DNA of 64,000 bases from Polymyxa betae A26-41 (Eukaryota > Protista > Endomyxa: Phytomyxea): positions 4,335 to 68,334 of the forward strand of contig RBZT01000711.1 of the NCBI GenBank assembly GCA_003693705.1. Direction: 5' to 3'. Below the pieces are notes generated by a model. The model searched no databases. It saw nothing but the letters and a program-made list of their open reading frames with translations, and was not told the DNA's origin. Positions 51,230 through 63,010 of the stretch are shown here, in pieces. The translations under genes and the position numbers were made by a program. How positions within the stretch are numbered: the first letter of the stretch is position 1; every line of letters begins with the position of its first letter.

Positions 51230-52473
51230 AGAATGCAGCAGCAGCGCATTATGACATCAAATTTTCGTCAGCGCATAGGAAAGGAAGACTGAAGAATTCG
51301 CTATTTCATTTTCAGCCCACCGATACCCCATTCAACCTGAATGCGCTTGCCGGCGCGACGCTCGTTGAAAGCGTTAAGTACAAAACAAACTACATCAACT
51401 TCTTCTCTTTGATCAACGCGACGCATGATAAACATGTCAGCGCCGATATAGCCTGCTGAACAAACAAGTCAAAATGCTGGCAGCTCAGACTGTTCATTAG
51501 CTTACGGTCACCGAGAACATATTCGAAATAGTTTTCCTCATCAACTCATTCAACTGTGAAATAATTTCTCCAATTGCGATAAAGGTCTGATTGTTTGAGG
51601 ATAGTGACGTCGTGATACGATCCTGCATTTCACTAGGCCATCATGATCAACAACTATCGTATTGTTGAAGCCGTAAATCTTCTTTCGTCTATTATAATAT
51701 CTCCTCGACAGGTGCTCGCTATCGTCAGCACGCCGATGGATCTTTACCAGAGTGCCATCAATGAATCCGATGGCGCCGTAAAAGAAAGGCTCTCTCTGAG
51801 CAAGATGCGGACGTTTTTCTTCGTTTGACCATTCTGTTTCATGGGCTAAATTTTGATTGATCAGTCTGGCGATAAAGAAGCAATCATCGCACGCTGAAGA
51901 TCTCGAAAAGTTCCATCGGGTTGCTTCATCGCGGCAGGTTTGTTTCTGTCATGGTCGCTTACTGAATTTGGTTCCAGGCAATAAGCTAGGCGGTTACCTT
52001 TCGCAGGAACAAAACTGTGGCTAAAAGCCTTTGTTCAGCAGTCAATTTTGGAGGCCGACTTCGCTTGATATGCGGCTCCCCAGGAAAGCGAAACGTTCTG
52101 GCGATAACAGGACATACGACAGTAGACAGCTCCTGATGAGTTTATTAAGTTTTAATTCACAATAAAAACACGCTGTCTCGTACTCTCCATTCCTCCAAAG
52201 TAAGGCCTGACTGATTGTAGAAGATAGAAACAGGACCCAAAACGATCAGTTCTAAGAAATAGTAAACAAGAACCGGGCATCGACACTGGATTGTCCATCA
52301 GGATGTTCGGGAAGGTTGTCGTCATTCAGATCCTGTAGCTCCAATGCCAAAGCGCATGCCTGGGCATTCATGTTGTGCGACGCCACGAAGAATGACAGGA
52401 ACTGCACTAAGGCTGCTTGGTCCTCATCCTCAACGAGTTCTTGGAAATCGAGATCCAGAGCGTCCCCAGCCAT
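51230..52473 (-). pseudogene. DDE_Tnp_4 transposase, same family as 37560-38518
   Basis: GAIGFIDGTLVKI..YYNRRKK.YGFNN..VDHDG..GSYHD..NWRNYF..YFEYVLGD, with probable introns. Confidence 0.8.
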
Positions 52474-54764
52474 GGCAAGGTACCAAGATTGCAGCAGAAT
52501 CGCCGGAGGGCGCCTCCGTATCGTTGGAGCAGTCCTTCGAATTTTTTACAGTATGTTTTCATTGTACGGACTTTACGGATGTTCGGGGGTTTCAACGTAT
52601 CATTGGAAAAAATGCGTGAAATATCATACGTTAGCTTTACGGACGCTTATAATGTAACATTACAGTTTCAGCAGAACAGCATATACAATAACATCATTGG
52701 ACGCAACAGAGAGAGCAATACAGCAATTTGGAAATTTACCCATCTGTTACAATTTGACACAATCCGACTCAGAAAACCCCATTTAATCAACGGATTAAAT
52801 CTCAAATGCGCTCTATTGCCCACATGATATTGAAATCGCTTGAATCGCTTCCAGAATTGTCTCAAACCAAATTGAGACCCATTATTTTCTCATACAATAA
52901 GTCAGTAATCATTCTAAATGAAAATCTTACTGTAGATTTCGCCTCTTCTACCACCATGCAATCAGAGCGAATTCGATCAATCTTCGCTAGATCATCAAGG
53001 GTTTGCTTCTCAGCAGCTTCCAGGCTCTCAACGTAATGTTTGTCCATGCCGGATGTCGAACTACAAAGATCTTTGTGTAAGCTCCAACCTTTTGATAGAA
53101 ATAGTTAATGCTTTATATATCAGATCTTAGAGCCTTTAAATATTCAACTCGGAGATCGAAATTCATCAGGCGCCAAAAAGTTCATGTTGTTGAGTCGCGC
53201 TACGCCGGTCCACACAAGAATGCATATGTAACATAGACCTAGTTATATCTAACCTGAGTTTCCGTTTTGATCTCTGCAAGACTTTCGATGTCACCCTGGC
53301 GGCCTGATCTGTCTGTATCTGGGTCTTTTGATGCCTTGCCACTGTGGTTGAAGAGCTATATATAGCAACGAGTCTGACTCTGTGACGGGTAGCGAAAACG
53401 TTTTTTATCCATAAAATTCATCAAACTGTTTATAGTTGAAGAGAACCCAAGCTAGCATAGAAAGAACATTCATCCAAAGAAGAGAAATGCTTCTTCAACC
53501 GCTCCTCCGCTTCATCCTCTGATAAAAAGGGATCTTGCCCACATTTTGGGAACGCATTCGCTTTTGTTCGGCGCTTAATATGCTCTGCATTGTAAGCTGC
53601 GAAAACATTTTCAATAAATGAAGTTAGCTCTTCACGGGTAACCGTGAATTTGGCACCAACAGGAACAGATCTAATTCGCGTCCAACGGAGGTCATCATAC
53701 TCCCGTCGGATTTGTTCTTTGAGGCAGCGGTTTAGAGCAACGTCACCTACCTAATCCAATTTAGTTAGGCGATACATTCAAAACTCCTCGTTGCCATACC
53801 TTCATTGCTGATGTCACACCCTCAGAAATGAATCGAACGAGGATTTTGCCCTTTGATTTTGCGTTGTGTTCAGAAATCCTATCCTCGATGTCAGGTCCAT
53901 AATGTGCGGCGGCTCTATCCCATATCAATCCTATAGCCATGTTAACAGCATATCATGTGATTTGGTTCAATCATTACCAAGCGTACGATCAGGGAACAGA
54001 ATTGTCAGCCAATGCAGAAAAATGCTATTTTTTTTGTCATCCAGTGCGACTCCGATAAGACCACAACGCTCTTGCTATAATGCGCCCATTGCCTCATCAG
54101 AGTTGCTCCAAATTTCGCCGTTCCGATAATGAAAGATGGGAGCAACGAAGATGTGGTCAGGTCGGCTGCCACAGCAAGGGTGATCCCCGATTTGGGATCA
54201 TGAGGCCGGGCTGGTCCTGCCACACGTTTTGACCCCTGAGGAACCAAGACGGTCTCACAGGATTCATGAAAGCGAATGAATGTTTCGTCCATTGATGTGG
54301 TCTACGTCAGCATCCCTGAAGTCCTTCCTGATTGCTGCTGATTTGCTATTGCGATCTCTCTCCAGGTTTAAGTACAACCTGAGATACTGTCTCTTTTCGG
54401 TTGGCCCAACGGTTTCTTTCCAACACCCTTTGAAACCAGTTGTTAAACCTAGGTGGCATGCAGTGTAAGTTCGAAAAGTAGTGATGTCGAGAATTCACTA
54501 CAGCTTTCTGCTCTTCACCAGTTTCTGAAATCCTTCATGACGACAACCGGTCAATCGGATTCTATTCACTGTGATCGGAATACCTCGATCGTATTCCGTT
54601 TGATAAGCTCCAGCAAAAAATGTTCTTGTTCAGGATAACCTGTCGGTTTTCCAAGCTTTTTTCCTTCTTTTGCCAGCCTTTGCGTTTTTTGATTAACGTA
54701 TTTAACACATTCTATTTGCTTCGCCAGACTCGCCATTTTCTGCACGCTCATCGCTCGTTCATCA

Positions 54765-57347
54765 TTTTTCGTCAAAACTGCTTGTACAGATGCATTCCCA
54801 TTTCGTTTCCGGCATATATATAACCAAAACCTTTTCTGGAAATTTGTTAGACCCATCAATCGTTTGAGGGCTTCTGATTTTTCTCTTAGGAAAAATACTT
54901 CAGCATAGTGAGAATACTGGTCGAGTACGATCATGGCGTACAGCTCGCCGTCAAATGCGGGAGATTGGCGCAAAGGTCCGCAAAGGTCCGTGGATACTCA
55001 TCCCAGTGTCTCGGTCGCTTTCGCACTCTTTGAGTGCGTTCGAAAGGGGTTCGAGTTCCTTTTCCGTGAATACAGGACTCGCAACGGAAATTATTCCGAT
55101 TAGTTACTTTCATACCGTTGGCCATTTGTTTTCGCCAGAGAAGTTTTAGGCGATCTCTACTAATGTGGCCAAGGCGAGCATGCCAGAGTGCTTCGGAAGC
55201 AGAATTTGCGGTCATGCAAATTTTGTTTATTTGTTGCGATTTTATGTTGGATACAGTACCAGTCAAATAGTACAGTTCATTCCCTTCGTTCGCCGACAGC
55301 AGCTATGAGTTTATGCTCGACTGCTGTATAGAGTAGTACGCGATCATATTGCAACATGCAGACTATGCCGCTGTCCGCAACTGCCCTTAACGAAAAATAA
55401 TTTCCGGAAAGCTGGGGAATATAATTCACGTTTCGTAGGTTCAGAATGACTGAATCACGTTTTGATGGAGACCGTTCCAGTTCCTTCTACTGAATTTTCA
55501 GAATTATCAGCCATTTGAACTCGACGGCTACGGTCGGAGTATGGAGTAAAATTGACAAATAAATTTTTGTCTCCTATAGCGTGGCTTGTGCATCAGCTAT
55601 CAACTAAAAATTCTACATAAAGGAGATAAGCATCAAATTTGTCAAGTTTACTTTGAATTTCTTGATCGATCAGGGAACCGATTGTTCCTTTCTTTGAAGG
55701 TTGTTGGTCGGTTCGCTCAGTCTTTTTTGACTCCTCATATTTGCGCTTCCTGCAATCTTCTCGGACATGGTTTTTCTTTTTGCAATAAGTGCAAAAGATT
55801 GTCCCGGAAGTTTTGCTAGCTGAGGGTGTAGACTTGGCTGGTTTGTGTTGCGCACTTGGAAGGAGGCTACGCTCGAGTTTGAGATCATGTTTGATCTCAG
55901 ACCAAGTCATTCGTCGTCGCAGGATCTCCTTTTTAGATGTATCGTCCGGGAATTTCCGGGCGATACGGAGTCCGAGGCGCCGATATTCAACCCGGTCGTG
56001 ATCGCCAATGTCAATCAGCTCGGATCGAATTCGATCCACAGCTGTGATGAATCTGTCGACGTGGGCTAGGTTCGAGGGAAATTTCAGGTTGTCCATCTCC
56101 TCGTTGAGCTGCATTATAGTGGCCTCGCGGAGGTCACTTTGTGCAGCGCCGTACTCCTCCTCGAGGGTATCAAAAAGGCAGCGGTGTCATGATGACGAGC
56201 CGCCGGCAGGAGAAAACCGTCAAGCTGGTTGCGCACGTAGCCGAGGGCTGCGCGGTCCGCGACGTGGAAAGCGGAGTCGCTGCCCGGAGGGCAACGGCAG
56301 AGGCCGCTCGAATCAGATGCTGGGCAGCGCTTATGTCCGAAGACAAAAGCGCTCAATTTGGTGCACGCCAGGTTGCTCGTCAACCGGTCTTTCCAGATCA
56401 CGAAGTTGCTCACGCCTTGCAGAAGCTGGTTCTGCTGGAGCGGCGGAGGGCATCGGATCTGGTGCCAGTTGGGAGTCGGCGTCATCGTGGCGGGCTACGC
56501 CGTGGGCTCGGTCACTGGAGCTGCGGGCTCCGGGATCTCCGAGCTGACGGCGATAATAGCCGGGGGTTGCGCCTCGGAAGAAGTGCGCTCCGTGGTGGGG
56601 GCTGCGCCCGTCGTGGACGTGGGCAGGGTGACAGGGGCCGGCTCTGCGGATTGGGCTGTTGTGACCGTCACATCGGGCGTGGCCTCCTGCACGTGAAGTT
56701 GCGCGAGTTGGCCTAGCGAATGGTTGATGCCATTCAGTGTGGCCATGAGCATCGGTAGCCAGGACGGTCGTTCGGATGTGGGTCCGGCTGAGTCCGTGGA
56801 GGAAGAGGCTTCCGTGCTGTGGAGTTGGTCGCGCTGTACTACAGGTACCGTTGGTGTGGAGAAGAGCCGCAGAGGCATGACGTAGCCAGTGCCTCCTGGA
56901 GTTGAACGGAACGCTGGAGTCCCGTCGATCGGGTTCTGCCTCGGTACTGGTGGGGCTGCTTGATTGGGAGAGGCAGCTGCTTTGCTTTGCAGAGGTGTTA
57001 GCGTTGAGGAGGCCCATAACCTGTTGGAAGTCGTGCGGATAGTAGGAATTCTAATAAAGCAGATGTAGTCGATATATCGGGAAATGAATTGTGTCCATTT
57101 ATTTCCATTTATTCACGACGGAAGGTCTGATCGGGACCAAAAAGGGCAGTCTTGACCTGAAAGGGAAGTCTTGACTCGTCGGACTGCGGGATCGATCCTG
57201 AGTCACCTTCTGATCAAACACTAAAACCCTAATTTTCATTCCAACATTTTTCGTCAAAACTGCTTGTACACATGCATTCCAATTTCGTTTCCGGCATATA
57301 TATAACCAAAACCTTTTCTGGAAATTTGTTAGACCCATCAATCGTTT
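54765..57347. repeat. 101-bp direct repeat (54765-54865 and 57247-57347) flanking Copia-4
   Basis: Direct comparison shows 2 mismatches. Both copies are pogo coding sequence. Confidence 0.95.
54866..57246 (-). mobile_element. Copia-4: 5' LTR, gag, protease and partial integrase; 3'-truncated
   Basis: LTR TGTTGGAA..TTCCAACA at 57022-57246. PBS GGTTATGGGCC (half-tRNAiMet type) at 57011-57021. CTYCKKKNHVREDC and WHARLGH..CESC. Breaks at REKSEA in integrase. Confidence 0.9.
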
Positions 57348-59069
57348 CGTACACGTATCGATGCCTTTCAGGAAGGGATTGTACGGCATCTTGCATTGTT
57401 AACTTTTCGATCTCAGATATCCACTTCGACTGCTGATGTGGCTTGAGCCATCCTCTAAGAGTTTCTGTAAACTTTGATTTAGTACATACCATTTCGCCTG
57501 ATCGTTTTGTTCACATTACCGATGCAAATTTGAAAAGACCTGCTAATTAGCTCACGGTCGTGGTTTCCTAGCTTTGGATGAAGAAGAAAGAAAATAATTT
57601 TGGCTCGTTCGCTCCACGCCAGCTGTTTGCGCTTATTTGCTGAAATCGCAGAGAGTTTTACCGGTGCTTTTCTTGTCGTAACGCTTCCTTCAGACTTTCG
57701 CAAACAATGGACACCTGTGATTTCAAGTTAAGCGTTTGTCTGTTATTCCGATAATCAGTTTACCAGCTGGGCGATTACGCTTCGCGCGATTCTCAGAGCC
57801 AGTTCCGAATGCTGCATGATAAGGCGCTGTCGTTGTCGTCGTTTTACGATCTCAAAATCTGTCTGCAATCTCTTCAACAATCCCGGATCGGGTTTATAGA
57901 CGTTCATCCAAGCCAGTATAGGCTGCTTATCTTTTTTGGAAATCCTTTGTTGTTTGTTGTTCGCACGGCTTGGTTTTTTCCTCGCATGCATTTTCCTTAT
58001 TTTCTGAAGCCGTACTGAGTTTGAGTTCAGCTTGCCGCTCGTCGGAGGGCACATCAGCGATGATGGCATTCAAATGCTCTTGACGTTGCGAGACCATAAG
58101 ATTGCCATTTCGCAAAATATGTACTGCTTGAACAGGCGCAGGCTTCAAGTACAAAAAATGATTCAGCTGTCGCGCCATGCTTGACAAAACTGGAGTCGTA
58201 GGACGTTGGTTAATATGATGAAAGAGATGGATTACTGGTGCGCTTGTTTGGATGTACTGAGCGATTTTCAAGTGCTGCTGCAGGAAGCTTTTTGTGGTAA
58301 TTACGGTTAGGTCCAGTATTTGAAATGCTAACACAGTCCAGAAGAAATAACGCTGTTATCAGGACCATCTCAAATAAGCCTCCCCATTGTCCTGGTTTAA
58401 GAATGTGCCTCCGTGCGTACTCATTCAAGGATTTGCTTTCAGGAGAGGTCAATGGAGAAAGTCTATCGTAAGCCTTTTGTGCTAATTCTCGTCCGTCACG
58501 AATGCAAAACTCAGCGATTCTGTTCCGCAGCAATTTTCATGATTTCAATGTGTATCAACTTATATTTTCTCCTAATGAAGTAATAAATACTGCGACACTG
58601 CGCACTATTTAAACCACATTGCGATACTACGCAAATGGTAACATAAGGGTTTCAAGTCAAGACCGCCGGAAGCTGAAGGCCCCCAAGCCCTGAATCACCT
58701 TCCGTCGGAATAGCGTCACGGACATGCGTCACGGACCGCGGAACTACCTGGAAGAATTACAGTTTGATTGAATTACCATTACGATTTTACAGCACTAACT
58801 CCAACGACTATCACGTTTTAGTAGAAGTGCTATAAATGGAATCAAACCTGTATTACTCATTTTCAGTTTGCTATCAGGGCAATCGGCTAACAGATCGCTA
58901 CCGGAAAGTATTGCTGCCGTTGACATGCAAACCATGGCGGTAGAAGTTGGCGATTTCTTCCATAGTCGATTCAACAAGTTATCTGAATTGCTAAGACGTG
59001 ACCCAAGAAAAACGAATAATTAAAGATAACCCGAAAACCCCCCTAACCCAAACCTGCCACCTCTAAGCT

Positions 59070-59119
59070 AGGCGACAGCAACTGTAACCAGGCGACAGCA
59101 ACTGTAACCAGGCGACAGC
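59070..59119. repeat. Short tandem repeat AGGCGACAGCAACTGTAACC x2.5
   Basis: Seen directly. Confidence 0.9.
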
Positions 59120-59587
59120 CGTCACCTCCCAGTGGACCCAATGCCCAATGGGCTGGTCTGGCCGTCTAGGTCAAGTCTGTAACTGACTGTTTTTATGCCA
59201 TGGTGGGCTCCCTTGGTCTTTGTGTCACTGGGTGTAATGAGGTCGAGGCCAAAAACGGGCCTGGTTAGTTATTTTGATGGGTTAGATATACCGTAACTTA
59301 TAGGTCTACGGTACGCGTGTACCGATCTGAGGTACGAGACAGTTGATCATAGTCTGTATTAATTGCGTAAGGACGGAAATAGCGTAGGAGGGCTTCGCTA
59401 AGAGACTGGTTCAAGTAGAAAAATTGCGGGAAAACAATTGCGGGAATAAAAATTCCAGTGAAAAAGTAGCAGCCTCCGGAAATGGCGGCCCCGCTATTTC
59501 GTGATAGCGGGGCCCCCATTTCCGGAGGCTGCGCGCTGTTTCTCTGCTGCCGTCTTGGCGTCTCTGGGTAGGCAGTTTCGAGCGACC

Positions 59588-60401
59588 ATGTCGTCATCAT
59601 CTGTTCCAGCTGAGCCGGCGGAAACTTCCACGCCTGTCTGCAGCACTCCTGCTACCAAGCGCCGTGGGAGGAAGCCGAAATCCCAAACTGGGAGCAGTAT
59701 CCGTTGGAATAGCGAAATGATCGAAAGTTTAATTACAGCAAGATTCGAAACCTACAGTCAGTTCTTCAGAGAAGTTAAGAACAGCCATAAGCTCTACGAG
59801 GGGTGGTCAAAAGTCGCATACGAGGTTTGCAAAGTGACCAATCAAAATGTCAATGGCGACAAATGCCGTCAGCAATTCGGCAGATTGTAGACAAAATGGC
59901 GAGACCACAAGCCTGATGGAAAGAATCTGTTCGAACGGGTAACCAGGATCCCGGCAATAGCGTAAATGACGACACGTTTGCCACCATTCAACCGTTTTTT
60001 CGAAAAAGCCGGGCTGTGGCTCTAACTTAGGCCAGGCCACTGATGATCATGATTCGTCGCCGGAAGCTGCTGACAGCGATTCATCCTCTGACAGTGAAAT
60101 CGAAATGCAACCGAAACCCATGAAACAGTTCAAGCCAGACCTGCCAAAAAGGCCGCTGACTTCGGTTGAAGGAATAGCAATGCTAGGGCAGTCGTTTGAT
60201 AGAGTTGGAATCAACGTTGCTGAGGGACTTAGATCGATAGCATCGTCTTTAGGCTCTAGGACCTCTGGCAATGACGACATCATGAAGTTCTTTGACGAAA
60301 ATCGGGAGGAACAGAAGAAAATGCGAGAAACATTGGATCGTGTTGCTTCGATTCAGGAAGCGACGTTGCAGTTTATGCAGAGGTTCATGTCTAATCAGTA
60401 A
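59588..60401 (+). pseudogene. Harbinger Myb/SANT-like (trihelix) ORF2
   Basis: RWNSEMIESLI..W.KVA..C..F..L*.KW with a stop at 59888-59890 and a later frameshift. C-terminal ORF 60105-60401. Confidence 0.8.
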
Positions 60402-60411
60402 AGATGGCTGG

Positions 60412-61632
60412 TTATGATTTCCAGAGATAATCTCGGATAGAGTCCCGCTTGCGTTTTGCAGCCTCTCCTGGTATCGCTTGTGCTTCTTCGCCATCTTCCT
60501 CCTGCCTTGCGCTGAGCCGGATGTCATCATCGTCAAGTTCCTCATCGTCATTTAGATGAATGAAAATATTGTGCAAGATGAAGCAGGCTCGAATCACTCG
60601 CGACATCTGTTTCACTGCAACCTTTTCCGGTCTGTTGTTGCTGTTCCCGTTGTTAAGATTGCCTTTCTGATTGAGAGCGGATTTAAAAATGCCTAATCGG
60701 TTCTTCAATCTTCCAAGGGTATTTTCAACAGGCATCCTGGTTTGAGAATGCAGATGATTATAATTTTTTTCCTTTCTGGTCATACCATCGTGTATCTCGT
60801 ATGGAATCATACAGTGGGCAAAGAGTTGATAACCCACATCTACAACAATCATCTTGTCATTCGGAAACTTCTGCGCAATCGTCTGTCCGAATTCCGATCG
60901 GTTATAGACACCTCTATCGTTTTCAGATCCCGGCCGAAAGCAATAATCTCGAATTCGCATTCGGTAATCAACGACAATCTGTGCGTTGATAGCAGGATAG
61001 CCCTTTCTGCAGTACCACCCTTCATAATCTGCAGGTCGTTCAATCGCGATAAGGGAACCATCAACAGCTAGGCACGTGTCGGGAAATCCACAAATTGCTT
61101 CGAAACCTTTCGACAGATCCCCCCATTCATCGAGCGTTTCAGGCAAGCGAATAAATTTACTCCCCAGACACTTAATTAAAACGCGGATAACTTGATCAAT
61201 GTACCGAACTGCTGACGCTTTGCTCATCCCAAAAACTCCAGCTGAGTCAACCACAGATCCTGAATGCGTTAAGTAATGCAGACAAACTGCGACACGATCA
61301 CGATGGAAGAACCGAGGGTTATGACCGATCACAGAATTGACTGTATCCCAAGCGATTGTGATGTATCCGACAATTTTATCAAAAGACGACTTGTTACAAC
61401 GGAACTGATTCCGAAACCATCCTTCGTCGAACCATACGTTTGCATCGGCTATGGGAAATTGTGAGTCGCGAATCGACCATCCAACCGATGCAGGCCGTCT
61501 GGACGAGCGGCCATCCCAAGAAATATCAGACACCGCCAGGACAGCAGTAGTGAGACAGCTGGTCAATGTAATTTGGATAGCAGCGCCCAAAGCGCCGATC
61601 AAAGCCGCCAATTCGTGGTCAGATAGGTTCAT
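60412..61632 (-). CDS. HARBI1-like DDE_Tnp_4 transposase, uninterrupted 406-aa ORF
   Basis: FRNQFRCNKSSF, AVDGS, RKGYPAINAQ, GSEND, VDVGY, RMPVENTLGRLK, CFILHN. Confidence 0.93.
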   Translation of the reverse strand: MNLSDHELAALIGALGAAIQITLTSCLTTAVLAVSDISWDGRSSRRPASVGWSIRDSQFPIADANVWFDEGWFRNQFRCNKSSFDKIVGYITIAWDTVNSVIGHNPRFFHRDRVAVCLHYLTHSGSVVDSAGVFGMSKASAVRYIDQVIRVLIKCLGSKFIRLPETLDEWGDLSKGFEAICGFPDTCLAVDGSLIAIERPADYEGWYCRKGYPAINAQIVVDYRMRIRDYCFRPGSENDRGVYNRSEFGQTIAQKFPNDKMIVVDVGYQLFAHCMIPYEIHDGMTRKEKNYNHLHSQTRMPVENTLGRLKNRLGIFKSALNQKGNLNNGNSNNRPEKVAVKQMSRVIRACFILHNIFIHLNDDEELDDDDIRLSARQEEDGEEAQAIPGEAAKRKRDSIRDYLWKS

Positions 61633-62859
61633 GATTGGCGAAGAAATGCCGCTATTTATGAGAAACGGACCCTCTGAGGGTCCATAAAATAATAGCGCAA
61701 AAATAGCGCCACGGAATTTCGGGGGTCGAAATCTGATTGGCTCGATTGAAAAATAGCGGTATCGCGATTTTTACTTGAACCAGTCTCTAACCATATCACC
61801 GCACGTTTCTGAGCCATCCGAATTTGGATGATTCAAAACCATTGACGTTACGCCACGAATATATGACAGTTTACAGAAGCGAAGGTTACCGCCTGCTCAG
61901 TTTCCCGAGCTCCTGAATCAACCGCAAATGGACAATCCCACGAACTGGCATGATTCGACACTCTGCGAGCGTTCAGGAAATTCATAATCTTCTCAAATGA
62001 GGCCTTATCGAATGTTGAAGCCATGGGGTACAGAGAATTTTTGACAGGGTCAAAGAAACGGGTTGGAGTCGGTCGGTAAATCGAGAGATAACCGATAACC
62101 TGTATAAATCCTGCTATATCAGTTCCTATTATAAGAGCGCTCCCTATATAGCCTCAGGTCATTTTGGGGGGTTAGAGGTTTTAGGCTGGTAACGTTACAT
62201 AATGGAAGCCCTTCTTGAACGGCATTTAAAGGCTACCAGCAAGCGCAGATAAAAAATAGTTCACGTCATGACATCATCACAGGTAACCTCGGGGTTGCTG
62301 GATCTGTTCAGGGTCTGCCTCAGATTGCGGCGGACAGCTCGAATCTCTCGAACAGCGTGGTCGTAAACCATCCGATCCAGAGAAGTCGTTACAGCAGAAA
62401 ATTCGCCAATTTGATCAGTGGTAGCACAGCTCTACTGTAATGGATTATCCTCAGTATCGTCTTCGGAGATTTTGGACGCTGAATCATCGTAAGTATCGAT
62501 AAAACCCTCCAGAGACGCCATTGAAACAGAATGGAAACGCAGCCAGCGACGACGAGGTCCAAAACGCGAATTTCCGGAAAACTTTTTTGCAAGCTAGGGT
62601 TTGGGAGCTTATAAAATAATTTGTTACTTATCTACGGCAGTCAAAGACAAGCCGTACCTGACCAGGCAGGGCTACCTGGCAGGAGGTCGGATCGGGGGCC
62701 TCACACTGCGGCTCTCGGCAGTAACAACCTCTGCCGCCCCAATAGTAGGCAGAGTGCAAAATTTCGTCGATTTCAAATTCAAAATCGACCATTTTCCAGC
62801 CCTACGATAGTTGGGCAAAATTGCGAACTCCGTGATAAGATAGGTTAAATGTATTAAAT

Positions 62860-63010
62860 ATGGGCCTACAGAAAAAGGTAGACAGGCAAAAGGTAGACAG
62901 GCAGAGAAATGCGAGGGTGTCTACCTCTTCCTGTCTACCTTTTTAATGGTGGGCTACAGAATTAAGTAGACAGGTTTGACACTGGCGCAAAAACCCTAGG
63001 TAGACAGGCT
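62860..63010. repeat. Cluster of GTAGACAGG motifs in both orientations, probably a transposon end or small MITE
   Basis: Four forward copies of GTAGACAGG plus two reverse (CC)TGTCTACC copies. Confidence 0.55.

Larger units (their letters stand above)
52860..58640 (-). pseudogene. pogo-type (DDE_1) transposase with CENP-B-like HTH and upstream OTU-like domain, interrupted by Copia-4
   Basis: MDET (54292), WDRAAAH, and VGDVALN after removing a 49-nt intron (about DD41D). GKPTGYPEQE and NWFQRVLERN..RKETVSQ. OTU-like motifs at 58150-58610. Confidence 0.8.
59402..61787. mobile_element. Complete PIF/Harbinger transposon (2386 bp)
   Basis: Perfect 16-bp TIRs GAGACTGGTTCAAGTA/TACTTGAACCAGTCTC, TAA TSD, two convergent genes. 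Confidence 0.96.

Noticed and set aside
56008-56716. Several overlapping + strand ORFs
   Set aside because: Shadows of the GC-rich, low-complexity Copia-4 gag N-terminus.
59070-59119. Possible CRISPR-like repeat
   Set aside because: Contiguous tandem units with no unique spacers, in a eukaryotic context with no cas genes.
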